Assembly (NCBI GenBank): GCA_965661945.1
Contig: CBFIFP010000005.1
Span: forward strand, 101,182 to 165,181
Source: Candidatus Kapaibacteriales bacterium
Lineage (GTDB): Bacteria; Bacteroidota; Ignavibacteria; Kapaibacteriales; UBA2268
Reading direction: 5' to 3'
DNA length: 64,000 bases
The notes beneath the pieces are model-generated. The model saw only the letters and a program-made list of their open reading frames with translations, did not search any database and was not told the DNA's origin. The position numbers were made by a program, and so were the translations under genes. This document shows, in pieces, positions 29,430-39,751 of the stretch. Numbering within the stretch: position 1 is the stretch's first letter; each line of letters opens with the position of its first letter.

Positions 29430-30335
29430 ATGACGGAACTAATAAAAAACAGGAAGAACTTCACCTTTGGAGTTATAGGTGGGGGTAAATTAGGCTTAAA
29501 TCTTACTATTGAGCTATTAAAAATGGGTAGGTTAGAATGGATATTGGCTCATTCTAAAAGAACTTATGATAGGGTTTTAACTAGAATAATTAATAGATTT
29601 TTGATTAGGCCAAGCATACAAGAAATTGATAAGTTGCCAAATATGATAATAATATGTACTCCAGATTCTGAGATTAAGAAAGTTTCTGATGAGTTAGCTA
29701 GACATTTTGGTAAGAGTCTTAAGGGACATTATGTTATTCATTGTTCTGGAGTTTTAAAAAGGGATATTCTTTCGTCTTGTGAAGATTTAGGAGCTGTAAC
29801 TGCGGCAATACATCCTTTTCAAACATTTTATTTTGAGGAACCTGGCATTTTAACTGATATTCGTTGGGGAGTTGAAGCATCAGATGATGACTATTCACTC
29901 TTTGCGAGCTTTGTTGATTTATTGTTTGGGTTTCCTGTTCGTCTATCAGAAGAAAACATAAGAGAAAAAGCTCTATATCATGCTGTTGCAACTGCTGCAT
30001 CAAATTATATGACTACTATAATTCAGTTGGCTAATCAGATTGCAGATTCTGCTAATATTGATTCAAATGAATTTTTACCTCCAATAGCAAAAACTACTCT
30101 TGGAAATAACTTGAGAGGACTTTCTGATTCGAAGGTTATACCTCTTACTGGACCTATAGCAAGAGCCGATGTAGAAACTATTAAATTACATATTGAAGCA
30201 TTAAAAAATCATCCACAGATTTTGAAACCTTATTGCTATATGGGATTAGCAACTGTAGAGATGGCTCATAATGCTGGTATGTTAAACGAAAAAGCGTTAA
30301 AAGAAATAATGGAATTATTTAAAACTGGAATATGA
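29430..30335 (+). CDS. Rossmann-like/DUF2520 protein (PanG-type ketopantoate reductase family)
   Basis: IGGGKLG, TPD, HCSG, HPFQTF, YHAVATAASN, LTGPIARAD. Confidence 0.85.
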   Translation: MTELIKNRKNFTFGVIGGGKLGLNLTIELLKMGRLEWILAHSKRTYDRVLTRIINRFLIRPSIQEIDKLPNMIIICTPDSEIKKVSDELARHFGKSLKGHYVIHCSGVLKRDILSSCEDLGAVTAAIHPFQTFYFEEPGILTDIRWGVEASDDDYSLFASFVDLLFGFPVRLSEENIREKALYHAVATAASNYMTTIIQLANQIADSANIDSNEFLPPIAKTTLGNNLRGLSDSKVIPLTGPIARADVETIKLHIEALKNHPQILKPYCYMGLATVEMAHNAGMLNEKALKEIMELFKTGI

Positions 30336-31165
30336 GCATAATTGAAGCAATTATACTTGGAATTATTCAAGGATTGTCAGAGTTTATTCCTATTTCTTCT
30401 ACTGCTCACTTAACTTTTGCGGGTAAGTATTTAGATTTGATTGACCCTAATAATCCTCAAATCTGGACTGCTTTTATTGCTGTAATTCAGTTAGGAACAT
30501 TAGCAGCGGTACTTTATTATTTTTATAAAGAAATATTAGATATATCAAATTCGTTTTTAAAAGAAAATTTAATTGAAAGAAAATCATTTTCGAAACAAAG
30601 TTTAAATTCAAAAATGGGTTGGTATGTTATTATTGCTTCTGTTCCTATAGTTACTATTGGTTTGCTGCTAAAAAAAGTTATTGAGAGCAATATAACAAAG
30701 GATTTGAGTGTTATATCAATTAGTTTGATAGTTCTTGCTTTAATTCTTTTTCTGGCTGAGAAAGTTGGTAAATTTGATAGAGATTTGGGCAAAGTTAGTT
30801 TGAAGGATGCTATTGTGATTGGATTTGCTCAATGTATTGCTTTAATTCCTGGTTCGTCAAGGAGCGGAACTACTATAACTGCAGGGTTATTTTTAGGACT
30901 TACCCGAGAGACTGCAGCTAAGTTTTCTTTTTTAATTGGTATTCCAGCTATTTTTGGTTCTGGCGTTTATGAATTTTACTCTGAGTTTCAACATTTGACA
31001 GGTGATATGCTCCTGCCTGTAATAACAGCAACTATATTTTCAGCAATAAGTGGATATTACTCTATTGATTTTTTATTAAAATATTTAAAGAAGAATTCTA
31101 CAAATATATTTATAATTTATAGAATTGTTGCTGGATTTACAATACTTACAATTATTAATTTTTAA
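30332..31165 (+). CDS. uppP: Undecaprenyl-diphosphate phosphatase
   Basis: GIIQGLSEFIPISSTAH, QLGT, PGSSRSGTT. Confidence 0.96.
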   Translation: MSIIEAIILGIIQGLSEFIPISSTAHLTFAGKYLDLIDPNNPQIWTAFIAVIQLGTLAAVLYYFYKEILDISNSFLKENLIERKSFSKQSLNSKMGWYVIIASVPIVTIGLLLKKVIESNITKDLSVISISLIVLALILFLAEKVGKFDRDLGKVSLKDAIVIGFAQCIALIPGSSRSGTTITAGLFLGLTRETAAKFSFLIGIPAIFGSGVYEFYSEFQHLTGDMLLPVITATIFSAISGYYSIDFLLKYLKKNSTNIFIIYRIVAGFTILTIINF

Positions 31166-31796
31166 TCAAGTTTGCAAATTTGTTTTCAATTTTTTCTTTT
31201 AGTTTATTTGCTAATTCAAAATTTGGTGAAATCTCTAATGCCTCTTCTATTAAGATAACTGCATAGTTTTTATTACCGACTACACTTTCTAATCTTGCAG
31301 CGTTATAAAGATATATTGATTTATCATTAGAGTTATCGTATTCTATTGCAGAATAATAATCTTTTAAAGCATTTTTAAAATCTCCATTTTCTTCAAACTG
31401 ATGACCTCTGTTGTTATATGCCATTGCAAAATCATTTTTTATGTTTATAGCTTTTGTAAAATCTTGAATGGCTTTGTTACTTTGATTTGTTTTTAAAAAC
31501 TCTAGACCTCTATTGTTATAAATTAAATGACGCTTCATATACTTTACATCTTTTATTGTTGTGTAGTCTTTTATTGCGTCAAGATGATTACCTAATTTAG
31601 AATTTGCGATTGCTCTTAGGAAATATACTTCGTAAGCATCGCTTTCAATGTTTATTGTTTTATTGAAGTATGTTAATGCTTTTGTATAATCATTATTTAT
31701 AAAGTAATTATATCCTTTGTTGTATTCATCTCTTGCTTTTTGGTTATCTATAAAAACAGCAGAATTCAAAGTTAAAATTAATAGTAATATATTCAT
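31155..31796 (-). CDS. TPR-repeat protein
   Basis: YNNRG, AIQDFTKAI and ALKDYYSAI repeats. Confidence 0.85.
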   Translation of the reverse strand: MNILLLILTLNSAVFIDNQKARDEYNKGYNYFINNDYTKALTYFNKTINIESDAYEVYFLRAIANSKLGNHLDAIKDYTTIKDVKYMKRHLIYNNRGLEFLKTNQSNKAIQDFTKAINIKNDFAMAYNNRGHQFEENGDFKNALKDYYSAIEYDNSNDKSIYLYNAARLESVVGNKNYAVILIEEALEISPNFELANKLKEKIENKFANLIKN

Positions 31797-32022
31797 TTTC
31801 TTTTCCTTATATAAATTTTAGTTATATAAACGAATTAGTATTGTTAATATTTCTTAACAATTAAATATATTTGTTAATTTTTCTTAATTTTAATATATTT
31901 TTATTAATTTCTCTTAGCATTTATTTGTTAAAAATATAAAAAAAAACCAAATATGAATGAATTAACAAGCATCTTTGGTTTTGATAATTATAAGTAAGTA
32001 TATTACTTAATTCATTTTATAG

Positions 32023-33147
32023 TTATAATTTTTGGAGCATTTTTCTTGCTCTTGGTATATGCTTACTATCAGGATAGTCTGCGATTAGTTGCTTATAGGT
32101 TTCTTTAGCAGATTCTGGTTCACCACTTTTAATTTGTGATTCTGCAATCATTAACTTTGCTTTTTCTTTATTGCCAAAATCTGGAGTTTCTAAAACTTTT
32201 ATGAAGTATTCAACTGCTTTTGCATATTGTTGTAAACCAAAATAGGACTCGCCCATAAGATATGAATGTTTATTTTTTTCAAGTTCAGATTTTAAACCAG
32301 TTTCTATTTCTTTTAGTTTTACAATTGCTTTAGAATAATCTTTATTTTCTAAATAACTTTCAGTTAATTCAAAACTTAGATTATTAATATCTGTTATTTC
32401 TTGGTTGATTGATTCGTTTTTAGTATTATTTTGTTTATCATTATTATAAGTTGAGGGATTATTAATTTGTGATGTTTTGGTATTTTGATTAGATTTGTTT
32501 TTTTCTTTAGATGGTTGTACAACAAATAATGGTTCATTATTTGAGGGATCTTTTTCAGCATCTTCATCAGATTTTAACAAGAATTGGTTGTTTTCCTTTT
32601 TCTTTTCTGAGTTATTTTTTTCTAATTCTTCTATTCCAGTAGAAGCAATTGTATTTCTTTTAGCAAGTAAATTAAGAGTTTCTTTTATTTCGCTTACATC
32701 GTTTCTGATTGTATTAATTTCTGCATTTATACCTGTGATACTATGTTTTATTTGGTTTTGATTGGCAGTTAATAAATCGATTTGTTTGCTAAGAGGCATA
32801 AGAATGGATGATAAATTTTCATTATTTTGGTTTTCTTGGATTGGGTTATCGTTTAATTTTAAAGCATTTTGTTGATGTGCTTGTTTGATTAATTCAGCAA
32901 ATTCATCATCATTTATATTTTCATTATTATTTTCATTCTGTAGTTTTTCAACTTTTTTTCTTTTATCATTACGGTTTTCTACTACCTCTTGATTTGTTTC
33001 TTGAGAGTAGTCTTTTTTCCCACGAACGGAACTTGGAGTTACACAAGACGTAAGATAAAATAGAGCAATAATAGCCATTGTGCTTAAAACTATGCGGATT
33101 ATTACACATGAACATACATCTTTTCCGAATATTTTTATAGTTTTCAT
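32023..33147 (-). CDS. CpoB/YbgF-like lipoprotein (coiled coil plus TPR)
   Basis: Lipobox LTSC, coiled coil, YLMGESYF...LIADYPDS C-terminal TPRs. Confidence 0.7.
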   Translation of the reverse strand: MKTIKIFGKDVCSCVIIRIVLSTMAIIALFYLTSCVTPSSVRGKKDYSQETNQEVVENRNDKRKKVEKLQNENNNENINDDEFAELIKQAHQQNALKLNDNPIQENQNNENLSSILMPLSKQIDLLTANQNQIKHSITGINAEINTIRNDVSEIKETLNLLAKRNTIASTGIEELEKNNSEKKKENNQFLLKSDEDAEKDPSNNEPLFVVQPSKEKNKSNQNTKTSQINNPSTYNNDKQNNTKNESINQEITDINNLSFELTESYLENKDYSKAIVKLKEIETGLKSELEKNKHSYLMGESYFGLQQYAKAVEYFIKVLETPDFGNKEKAKLMIAESQIKSGEPESAKETYKQLIADYPDSKHIPRARKMLQKL

Positions 33148-33204
33148 AGTTTTTTTACCGAATTTTGTATAATTTAAAATGTAAAATATATTAATTCAAA
33201 TTAA

Positions 33205-34335
33205 GTGCCAAAAATGAAAATACTTGTAATTAACTGGCAGGATATTAAAAATCCATTTGGTGGGGGGGCTGAAGTTCATTTCCATGAAATTTTTAAGAGA
33301 ATTGCTGCGATGGGTCATGATGTTACTTTATTTTGCTGCGAGATAGAGGGGGAGCCAAAAAGTGAGGTTATTGATGGTATTAAGATTATTAGAAAAGGTA
33401 AAAGGAATACTTTTAATTTTAAAGTGCCATCAGAGTATAAAAAAACTTTTTCAAAAGGTAAATATGATATTATTATTGATGATATTAATAAGATTCCTTT
33501 TTATAGTCCGCTATATGTGAAAGAACCTTTGCTTGCTTTAAGTCACCATTTTTTTGGCAAAAGTATTTTTCGGGAAACAGATATTATATCTGGATTATAT
33601 GTAAATATAGCTGAGTTTTTGATGAAATTTATTTATTTTAAAACTGAATTTGTCGTGGTGTCTCAGAGTACATTAGATGATTTTATTGAAAGAGGGTACA
33701 ATAAGAATAAATTTACGATAATTCATAATGCGATATCCCATTCTGAGTATCCTATGGAAATCGGTCAGAAAAATGAAGATTTTACGATTACATATTTTGG
33801 TAGATTAAAAAAATATAAATCAGTGCAGCATCTTTTTTATGCTTTTCAAAAAATATTAAAATTACATCCTTATGCGAAATTAGAAATTATTGGAAAGGGA
33901 GATTATAGAGATAGTTTGGAAAAACTTTCAGATGAGTTGAAAATATCAGAAAGTGTTAAATTTTATGGCTTTGTAGATAATGAAACAAAAAATAAGCTTT
34001 TGGCTAAATCACATTTGGTTGTTAATACTTCATTAAAAGAAGGTTGGGGTATAACTAATATTGAAGCTAATGCATGCGGAACACCTGTTTTATCTGCAAA
34101 TGTTGCTGGTTTAAAGGATTCTGTAAAAGAAAATTTATCTGGTTTGCTTTATGAATATGGAAATATTAATGAGTTGACTAATAAAATAGATAACATTATT
34201 TCGGATAAAACGTTATTAAATAAGTTAGAGAATGGTGCAATTGAATGGGCAAAAGAATTTTCTTGGGATGATAGCGCAAGGAAAATGTTAAATAAAATTT
34301 TTGATGTTGTTAAGAAATCGAAAATAAATAGTTAA
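33205..34335 (+). CDS. GT4 glycosyltransferase
   Basis: WQDIKNPFGGGAE, YFGRLKKYK, EGWGITNIEANACGTP. Confidence 0.92.
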   Translation: MPKMKILVINWQDIKNPFGGGAEVHFHEIFKRIAAMGHDVTLFCCEIEGEPKSEVIDGIKIIRKGKRNTFNFKVPSEYKKTFSKGKYDIIIDDINKIPFYSPLYVKEPLLALSHHFFGKSIFRETDIISGLYVNIAEFLMKFIYFKTEFVVVSQSTLDDFIERGYNKNKFTIIHNAISHSEYPMEIGQKNEDFTITYFGRLKKYKSVQHLFYAFQKILKLHPYAKLEIIGKGDYRDSLEKLSDELKISESVKFYGFVDNETKNKLLAKSHLVVNTSLKEGWGITNIEANACGTPVLSANVAGLKDSVKENLSGLLYEYGNINELTNKIDNIISDKTLLNKLENGAIEWAKEFSWDDSARKMLNKIFDVVKKSKINS

Positions 34336-34382
34336 ATTGCAAATTAGAAAGTAAAAATTTTTAAAATTTATAGGGGCTTAAT

Positions 34383-35213
34383 ATGAAAAAAGCAACACAA
34401 TATTTGATGGTTTTATTATTTTTTGGCTTGATTGTGTCATGTTCTGATGATGATAAAGATGATACTACTGATGAGGACAACAAAGTTTATTTTCCACTTG
34501 CTTCAGGTTCTAATTGGACTTATGCTAAAAGTGAAATTCAAGCAGATGGCAGTATGAACTTAGTTGAATATGAAAGACAAGAAGTTGCTGGCGAGGAAAT
34601 GATTGATGGTCATTCAACTTATAGTATTGAAACTTATGTAGCAGAAACTCCAAGCAGTTTTGGTATGGAACCTGCTTCTAAAACAAATTATTATAATGAT
34701 AATGGTAAACTCTGGGCTTCTGTTTCATATTTGGAGCAATTGCTAACTGTTGATGCTTTAGGAATTCAATTTCCTTTAAATACTGATGTTAAGTTTATAA
34801 AATTATTAGATGCTAATGTTGATAGCTGGACTGCTATTGAAATACCTTATGATAAATTTGATATTGAAGCATTAGGTTTCCAAATTCAATTTACCGGCAA
34901 AGCTACTTATAAAGTTAAAAGACTTGGTGAGAAAGACTATGTAAACTCTGAGCTTAATATTGATAATAAAGTTATGGCTTATGAATATGAGTTTGAATTA
35001 GCAGGTAATACTACTTTGTTTTCTGCTCCTTTTGGTAATATTAATATTAAAACAACCAGCGAACAATGGTTTATGCCTGGAGTTGGATTAGTAAGAAGAA
35101 TTGATAATGAGGTTGAGGTAAGTGGTGATGGCGGAGTTGGTGCTGCATTAAATGATTTGCCTAATTTCCCTGCTAATCACTTTGAACTATACCAATATAG
35201 CGTAGAAAACTAA
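34383..35213 (+). CDS. Hypothetical lipoprotein
   Basis: Lipobox IVSC with acidic export signal, YFPLASGSNWTY, WFMPGVGLV. Confidence 0.75.
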   Translation: MKKATQYLMVLLFFGLIVSCSDDDKDDTTDEDNKVYFPLASGSNWTYAKSEIQADGSMNLVEYERQEVAGEEMIDGHSTYSIETYVAETPSSFGMEPASKTNYYNDNGKLWASVSYLEQLLTVDALGIQFPLNTDVKFIKLLDANVDSWTAIEIPYDKFDIEALGFQIQFTGKATYKVKRLGEKDYVNSELNIDNKVMAYEYEFELAGNTTLFSAPFGNINIKTTSEQWFMPGVGLVRRIDNEVEVSGDGGVGAALNDLPNFPANHFELYQYSVEN

Positions 35214-35236
35214 GAAGTAATTTTTTAAAAATCAAG

Positions 35237-35270
35237 AAAAGCCGACTGCCAGATAGTCGGCTTTTTTTTT
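35237..35270 (+). terminator. Intrinsic terminator
   Basis: GCCGACT/AGTCGGC stem followed by T9. Confidence 0.85.
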
Positions 35271-35471
35271 GGAATTTTAAGGGGTATTGATTTATACAAA
35301 ATTACACGACAAATAACGACATTGCGTATTTTGAATTTATATATTAATTTTGTAACTGTTATTAGGTATTTTCAAAAAACTACTATAAATGGTAGTAGAT
35401 TATATTGATTTTATTATTAATTTGCTTTTGTTGGAAATGAAATTTGGAAATTTATTTTAAGGAGTTGGGAG

Positions 35472-37430
35472 ATGACATATCTAGAATTTGAAAAAAAAAT
35501 GTATGAAGCTTTACTTAATGAACATAAAAAAAATAATGATTTTACTTTTTCCTTACGAAAGAAAAAATCAAAAGGTGCGGATCTTGATTATTTTATTGGT
35601 ACTGAAAAAGGAGGATATTCAGGAACAACTTTTTGGACAATACCTATAGGTTATCCAGGTAACTCGTCAGATTTAATCAATTTATTTTTTTATAAATACA
35701 AAAATAATGAATTTGGATTTCATATTGAGTTCAATCAAACTATTAGTCCTCATAATGATCAAAATAAACAAGCGTTGTTATTAATTCAAAACTTAAAAAA
35801 TGATTTAACAAAATTTACACTAAATGTATCAGAAAGTAAAAAGAATTGCAAATATTTTATAAAAAATAATATAAAATATTCAGATTTCAATGTTTATTTT
35901 ACTGATATTGTTAATATAGTTAATGAAATTAAACCAATTGTAGATAAAGAAATCATTAATTTAAAGAAAATAAATCCAAATTTTGTTGCACATAGAATTA
36001 CAAAAGTTGAATTTTCTAATATGACTTTAAATTTGCAAAAAAGACTGTCTATAAACGATAACATTAATACAAGAATAGAAAATGATAATGAAAGTAATAT
36101 AAACAATTCTTTAAAGTCTGAAAATAAGCAAGAACAAAACTGCACCTCTCCCAAAAACCAAATACTTTACGGACCTCCTGGAACTGGGAAGACTTATAAC
36201 ACTATTCATTTAGCAAGTAAAATAATCACACGTAATAAAAATATTACTTATGATGAAGCAGTTAAGATTTACAAAGAAAATTTAGGTGATAGAATCAAAT
36301 TCGTTACATTCCACCAAAATTTCTCTTATGAAGATTTTGTGCAGGGTTTAAGACCTGAAACTGACTCAGATACTATGTCATTTGATTATAAAGATGGGAT
36401 ATTTAAAGAAATTGCAGAAAAAGCAAAAACGAATATAGAAACTTCTTTAGGTAAGAAATCAAATAAATTAGAATTTGAAAATGTTTATAATGATTTTTGT
36501 TCTTCTATAATTAATGAAGAGTTAGAAGAAATTGAAGTTAAAATGAAAAAAGTATCCTATTTTATAACTTCAGTTAGTGAAAAATCAATTAATTTCAGGA
36601 AAAATAGTGGTGGAACTTCACACACATTAAGTGTTAAAACTTTAAAAAAAATGTATGATTCTGAATCTTTACTTAATCACAGTGGATTGTTAAGCTATTA
36701 TGAACCTTTACTAAATTTATTATTAGATAAAGGTAAAAAAGAAAAATCAAATATTGAGAAATCTCCTAAACAATCCTACGTCCTAATAATAGACGAAATA
36801 AATAGGGCGAATATTTCTCGTGTGTTTGGTGAGTTGATTACTTTGATTGAAGATGATAAGAGGTGGGACGGTGGTGAGGATATGAATAAAGTAAAGTGGG
36901 AGGTTACTCTGCCGAGTGGAGAGCAGTTTGTTGTGCCTGATAATTTATATATTATCGGAACGATGAACACTGCTGATAAGTCTATTGCTTTGCTTGATGT
37001 TGCTCTTAGGAGGAGGTTTGTTTTTAGGGCAATGTATCCTATGAAAGATATTGATGGTAATGGTTTAGATAGTAGTTTAATTAATAATCATGAATTACTT
37101 ACAGAAATTAATAATTATATTATTGATGAAAAAAATGGATTAGGACCAGGAAGAGGTCATGATTTGCAAATTGGACATTCTTATTTTATGACACCAAAAG
37201 ACAAAACATTTGATTTAGTTGAAACTATGAATAATAAGGTTATTCCTCTTTTAATGGAATACTTTATGAATGACTATAAAAAAGTAAAGGAAATGTTGGA
37301 AGAAATACTTAAAAAAGATAAGATTAAAAAATTAAAATTAGGAATAGTTAAAAATTCATATCCAATTTTAGTTGAACTTTATGATAGTTTAGATGATTCA
37401 GATGAAGCAGAACAAAAGGGCGATGAATAA
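35472..37430 (+). CDS. mcrB: McrB-family AAA+ GTPase with uncharacterised N-terminal domain
   Basis: YGPPGTGKT, VTFHQNFSYEDFV, LIIDEINRAN, GTMNTADKS, ALRRRF, IGHSYF. Confidence 0.92.
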   Translation: MTYLEFEKKMYEALLNEHKKNNDFTFSLRKKKSKGADLDYFIGTEKGGYSGTTFWTIPIGYPGNSSDLINLFFYKYKNNEFGFHIEFNQTISPHNDQNKQALLLIQNLKNDLTKFTLNVSESKKNCKYFIKNNIKYSDFNVYFTDIVNIVNEIKPIVDKEIINLKKINPNFVAHRITKVEFSNMTLNLQKRLSINDNINTRIENDNESNINNSLKSENKQEQNCTSPKNQILYGPPGTGKTYNTIHLASKIITRNKNITYDEAVKIYKENLGDRIKFVTFHQNFSYEDFVQGLRPETDSDTMSFDYKDGIFKEIAEKAKTNIETSLGKKSNKLEFENVYNDFCSSIINEELEEIEVKMKKVSYFITSVSEKSINFRKNSGGTSHTLSVKTLKKMYDSESLLNHSGLLSYYEPLLNLLLDKGKKEKSNIEKSPKQSYVLIIDEINRANISRVFGELITLIEDDKRWDGGEDMNKVKWEVTLPSGEQFVVPDNLYIIGTMNTADKSIALLDVALRRRFVFRAMYPMKDIDGNGLDSSLINNHELLTEINNYIIDEKNGLGPGRGHDLQIGHSYFMTPKDKTFDLVETMNNKVIPLLMEYFMNDYKKVKEMLEEILKKDKIKKLKLGIVKNSYPILVELYDSLDDSDEAEQKGDE

Positions 37431-38821
37431 TGCCAGAAAACAATATTTATTATCTTTACGAATATCAAAATACTGAAAAACTTGATGTTAAAGATGAATA
37501 TATTAATAAACTCGAAAAGTTCTTAGATGATATTTGGAAACGTAGGGATAAAAATGACTCGCAATATACTAATAATGATGAGCCAGATACTTCTACGCAG
37601 CAGTTTTTGTCGCTTTTGCGGAATAATCAAATTAAGCAAAAAAATTATGTTGGGGTTATTAATTTTGATAAAAAAACTTTTAATTTGTTGCCTAAGATTT
37701 TTAATGATGGAAATGATAATTCAGAATTAAGTGATAATGAACTCAAAAAAATAAACCTCAATATTCTTTGGTGGCTAACTTATACAACAAAGATAAAATT
37801 TCCGAAAAATCTAACAAGTTTGGATAAGTTAGAAAAGCACTCATTTTTAGAAGTAATGATTTGGCTTTTTGCGACTTACACAAAAGAAACGCTAAATAAT
37901 AATTTATATCAAAATTATATAGATGTAGAAGACGAAACTACTTTTGTGAAAGGACAGTTTATGTTTAATGAATATATAAACCAGCACCTTGCAAGAGCCA
38001 GATGGGACAAGGTTTATTGCCGATATGATTCTTTTGAGTTTGATAATTACTTTAATCGCATAATTAAATATGTGTCAAATCAATTACTAAATTTCACAAG
38101 TAACGCAGAAACAAAGAGATATTTGCAGGATATAGTTTTTATTTTATCGGAGGTTTCGGACGAGAGATTTACAATTGAGGATTGCAGAAAAGTGAAGTTA
38201 AATCATTTCCAAAATGAATTTGAGACAATTTTGGAGTATTGCAAGTTATTTCTGGCAAATTCAATTACATTAAACTACCACAACAATCTAAATGTTTTCG
38301 CATTTCTTATTCCAATGGAAAAATTATTTGAAGAATTTGTTTTTGGTTTTATAGAAAAAGAATTCAAAGATGTAACTAATTTAAAAATTGAGAAACAGGC
38401 TTCTGGAGTAAATCTAACAGAGCAAAATGGGTATCAATTAAAGCCAGATTTAAAAATATCTTATAATGGAAAAGAATATTTAGCAGATACAAAATATAAG
38501 ATTATACACGATAGCGATAAAAAGTTAAGTCAGAACGATTTATACCAGATGGTAGCTTATGCGATAAGGTATGAATGTAAGGATATAATGCTGTTTTATC
38601 CTAAATATTATGAAAAATTGGACATGTCAAAATTAGAAATAGTAGATATGTTTTCAGGCACTAAAATAAATATCCACCCACATCAATTGCCGATAAAGAT
38701 AAATGAATATAAAAACGATTTAACTTTTCAGCAGAATTTTGCAGAATTGAAAAAGTTATTAAAATGTAAGATTGAAAAGGCGATAAAAAATGAAATTGAA
38801 AAAAATGTTAATGATAAATAA
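37430..38821 (+). CDS. mcrC: McrC-family PD-(D/E)xK nuclease
   Basis: NYVGVI, LPKI, MEKLFEEFV, KPDL...ADTKYK, DLYQMVAYA; TAATG overlap with mcrB. Confidence 0.92.
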   Translation: MPENNIYYLYEYQNTEKLDVKDEYINKLEKFLDDIWKRRDKNDSQYTNNDEPDTSTQQFLSLLRNNQIKQKNYVGVINFDKKTFNLLPKIFNDGNDNSELSDNELKKINLNILWWLTYTTKIKFPKNLTSLDKLEKHSFLEVMIWLFATYTKETLNNNLYQNYIDVEDETTFVKGQFMFNEYINQHLARARWDKVYCRYDSFEFDNYFNRIIKYVSNQLLNFTSNAETKRYLQDIVFILSEVSDERFTIEDCRKVKLNHFQNEFETILEYCKLFLANSITLNYHNNLNVFAFLIPMEKLFEEFVFGFIEKEFKDVTNLKIEKQASGVNLTEQNGYQLKPDLKISYNGKEYLADTKYKIIHDSDKKLSQNDLYQMVAYAIRYECKDIMLFYPKYYEKLDMSKLEIVDMFSGTKINIHPHQLPIKINEYKNDLTFQQNFAELKKLLKCKIEKAIKNEIEKNVNDK

Positions 38822-38961
38822 AAATTATTAAATTAAAATTATAACTAAGTTTGTTTTTTATAATTTAATTATGCAATAAATAAATATAATTCTGTAACTT
38901 ATCATCTTTTTATTTATTTAATTTTGTATATTAATTTTAATAACATTTTATATGGATAAAT

Positions 38962-39591
38962 ATGAAAAAGATAGTGCTTGCAGTAATAATTTATTTTGTA
39001 TTTTTTAATCTTACTTTTGCTCAAAATGATGAAGAATTAGAACTTTCATTTGGTGGAAAAGCCGGTTTGAACTATTCAAATGTGTATGATGAAGAAGGAG
39101 AGGATTTTATAGCAGATGGTAAAGTTGGAATTGTAGTTGGTGTTTTTGCTTTTATTCCTATTGGACCATTTTTAGGAATACAACCTGAAGTATTATTTTC
39201 TCAAAAAGGTTACAATGCACAAGGTTCATTATTAGGTAGTTCTTATGATATTACCAGAACTACAAATTTTCTTGATATTCCAATTTTAGTTGGATTTAAA
39301 CCAGTGGAGAATGTAACTTTATTAGCAGGACCACAATTTTCATATCTTTTAAGCCAAAATATAAAGTATGAAAGTGGAAAAACTACATTTGAACAAGCAG
39401 AACAATTTGAAAATGATAATATCAGAAGAAATACTCTTGGCTTTTTGATTGGTCTTGATGTTACTATAAAACAGTTTATTGTTGGTGGAAGAGCGGGCTG
39501 GGACTTGCAAAAAAACGATGGAGACGGCAATTCATCAACTCCAAGATATAAAAACCAATGGTTACAATTAACTTTTGGAATAGTATTTTAA
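38962..39591 (+). CDS. PorT-like outer-membrane beta-barrel (porin family)
   Basis: FGGKAGLNYS, IQPEVLFSQKG, LDIPIL, AGPQFSYLL, terminal Phe. Confidence 0.85.
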   Translation: MKKIVLAVIIYFVFFNLTFAQNDEELELSFGGKAGLNYSNVYDEEGEDFIADGKVGIVVGVFAFIPIGPFLGIQPEVLFSQKGYNAQGSLLGSSYDITRTTNFLDIPILVGFKPVENVTLLAGPQFSYLLSQNIKYESGKTTFEQAEQFENDNIRRNTLGFLIGLDVTIKQFIVGGRAGWDLQKNDGDGNSSTPRYKNQWLQLTFGIVF

Positions 39592-39647
39592 CTTCAAATT
39601 ATAAAACTAAAAATCAATTGAAAAATTATTTTGACATTTTATTTATG

Positions 39648-39672
39648 AAAGAGGCAATTTGCCTCTTTTTTT
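39648..39672 (+). terminator. Intrinsic terminator
   Basis: AGAGGCA/TGCCTCT stem followed by a T-tract. Confidence 0.8.
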
Positions 39673-39751
39673 ATTAGATTTTAATTAAAAATTATTTCAC
39701 TAAAAAATAAATTTTAAATAAACCGTCTATATCACAAAAGAAAGGATAGCA

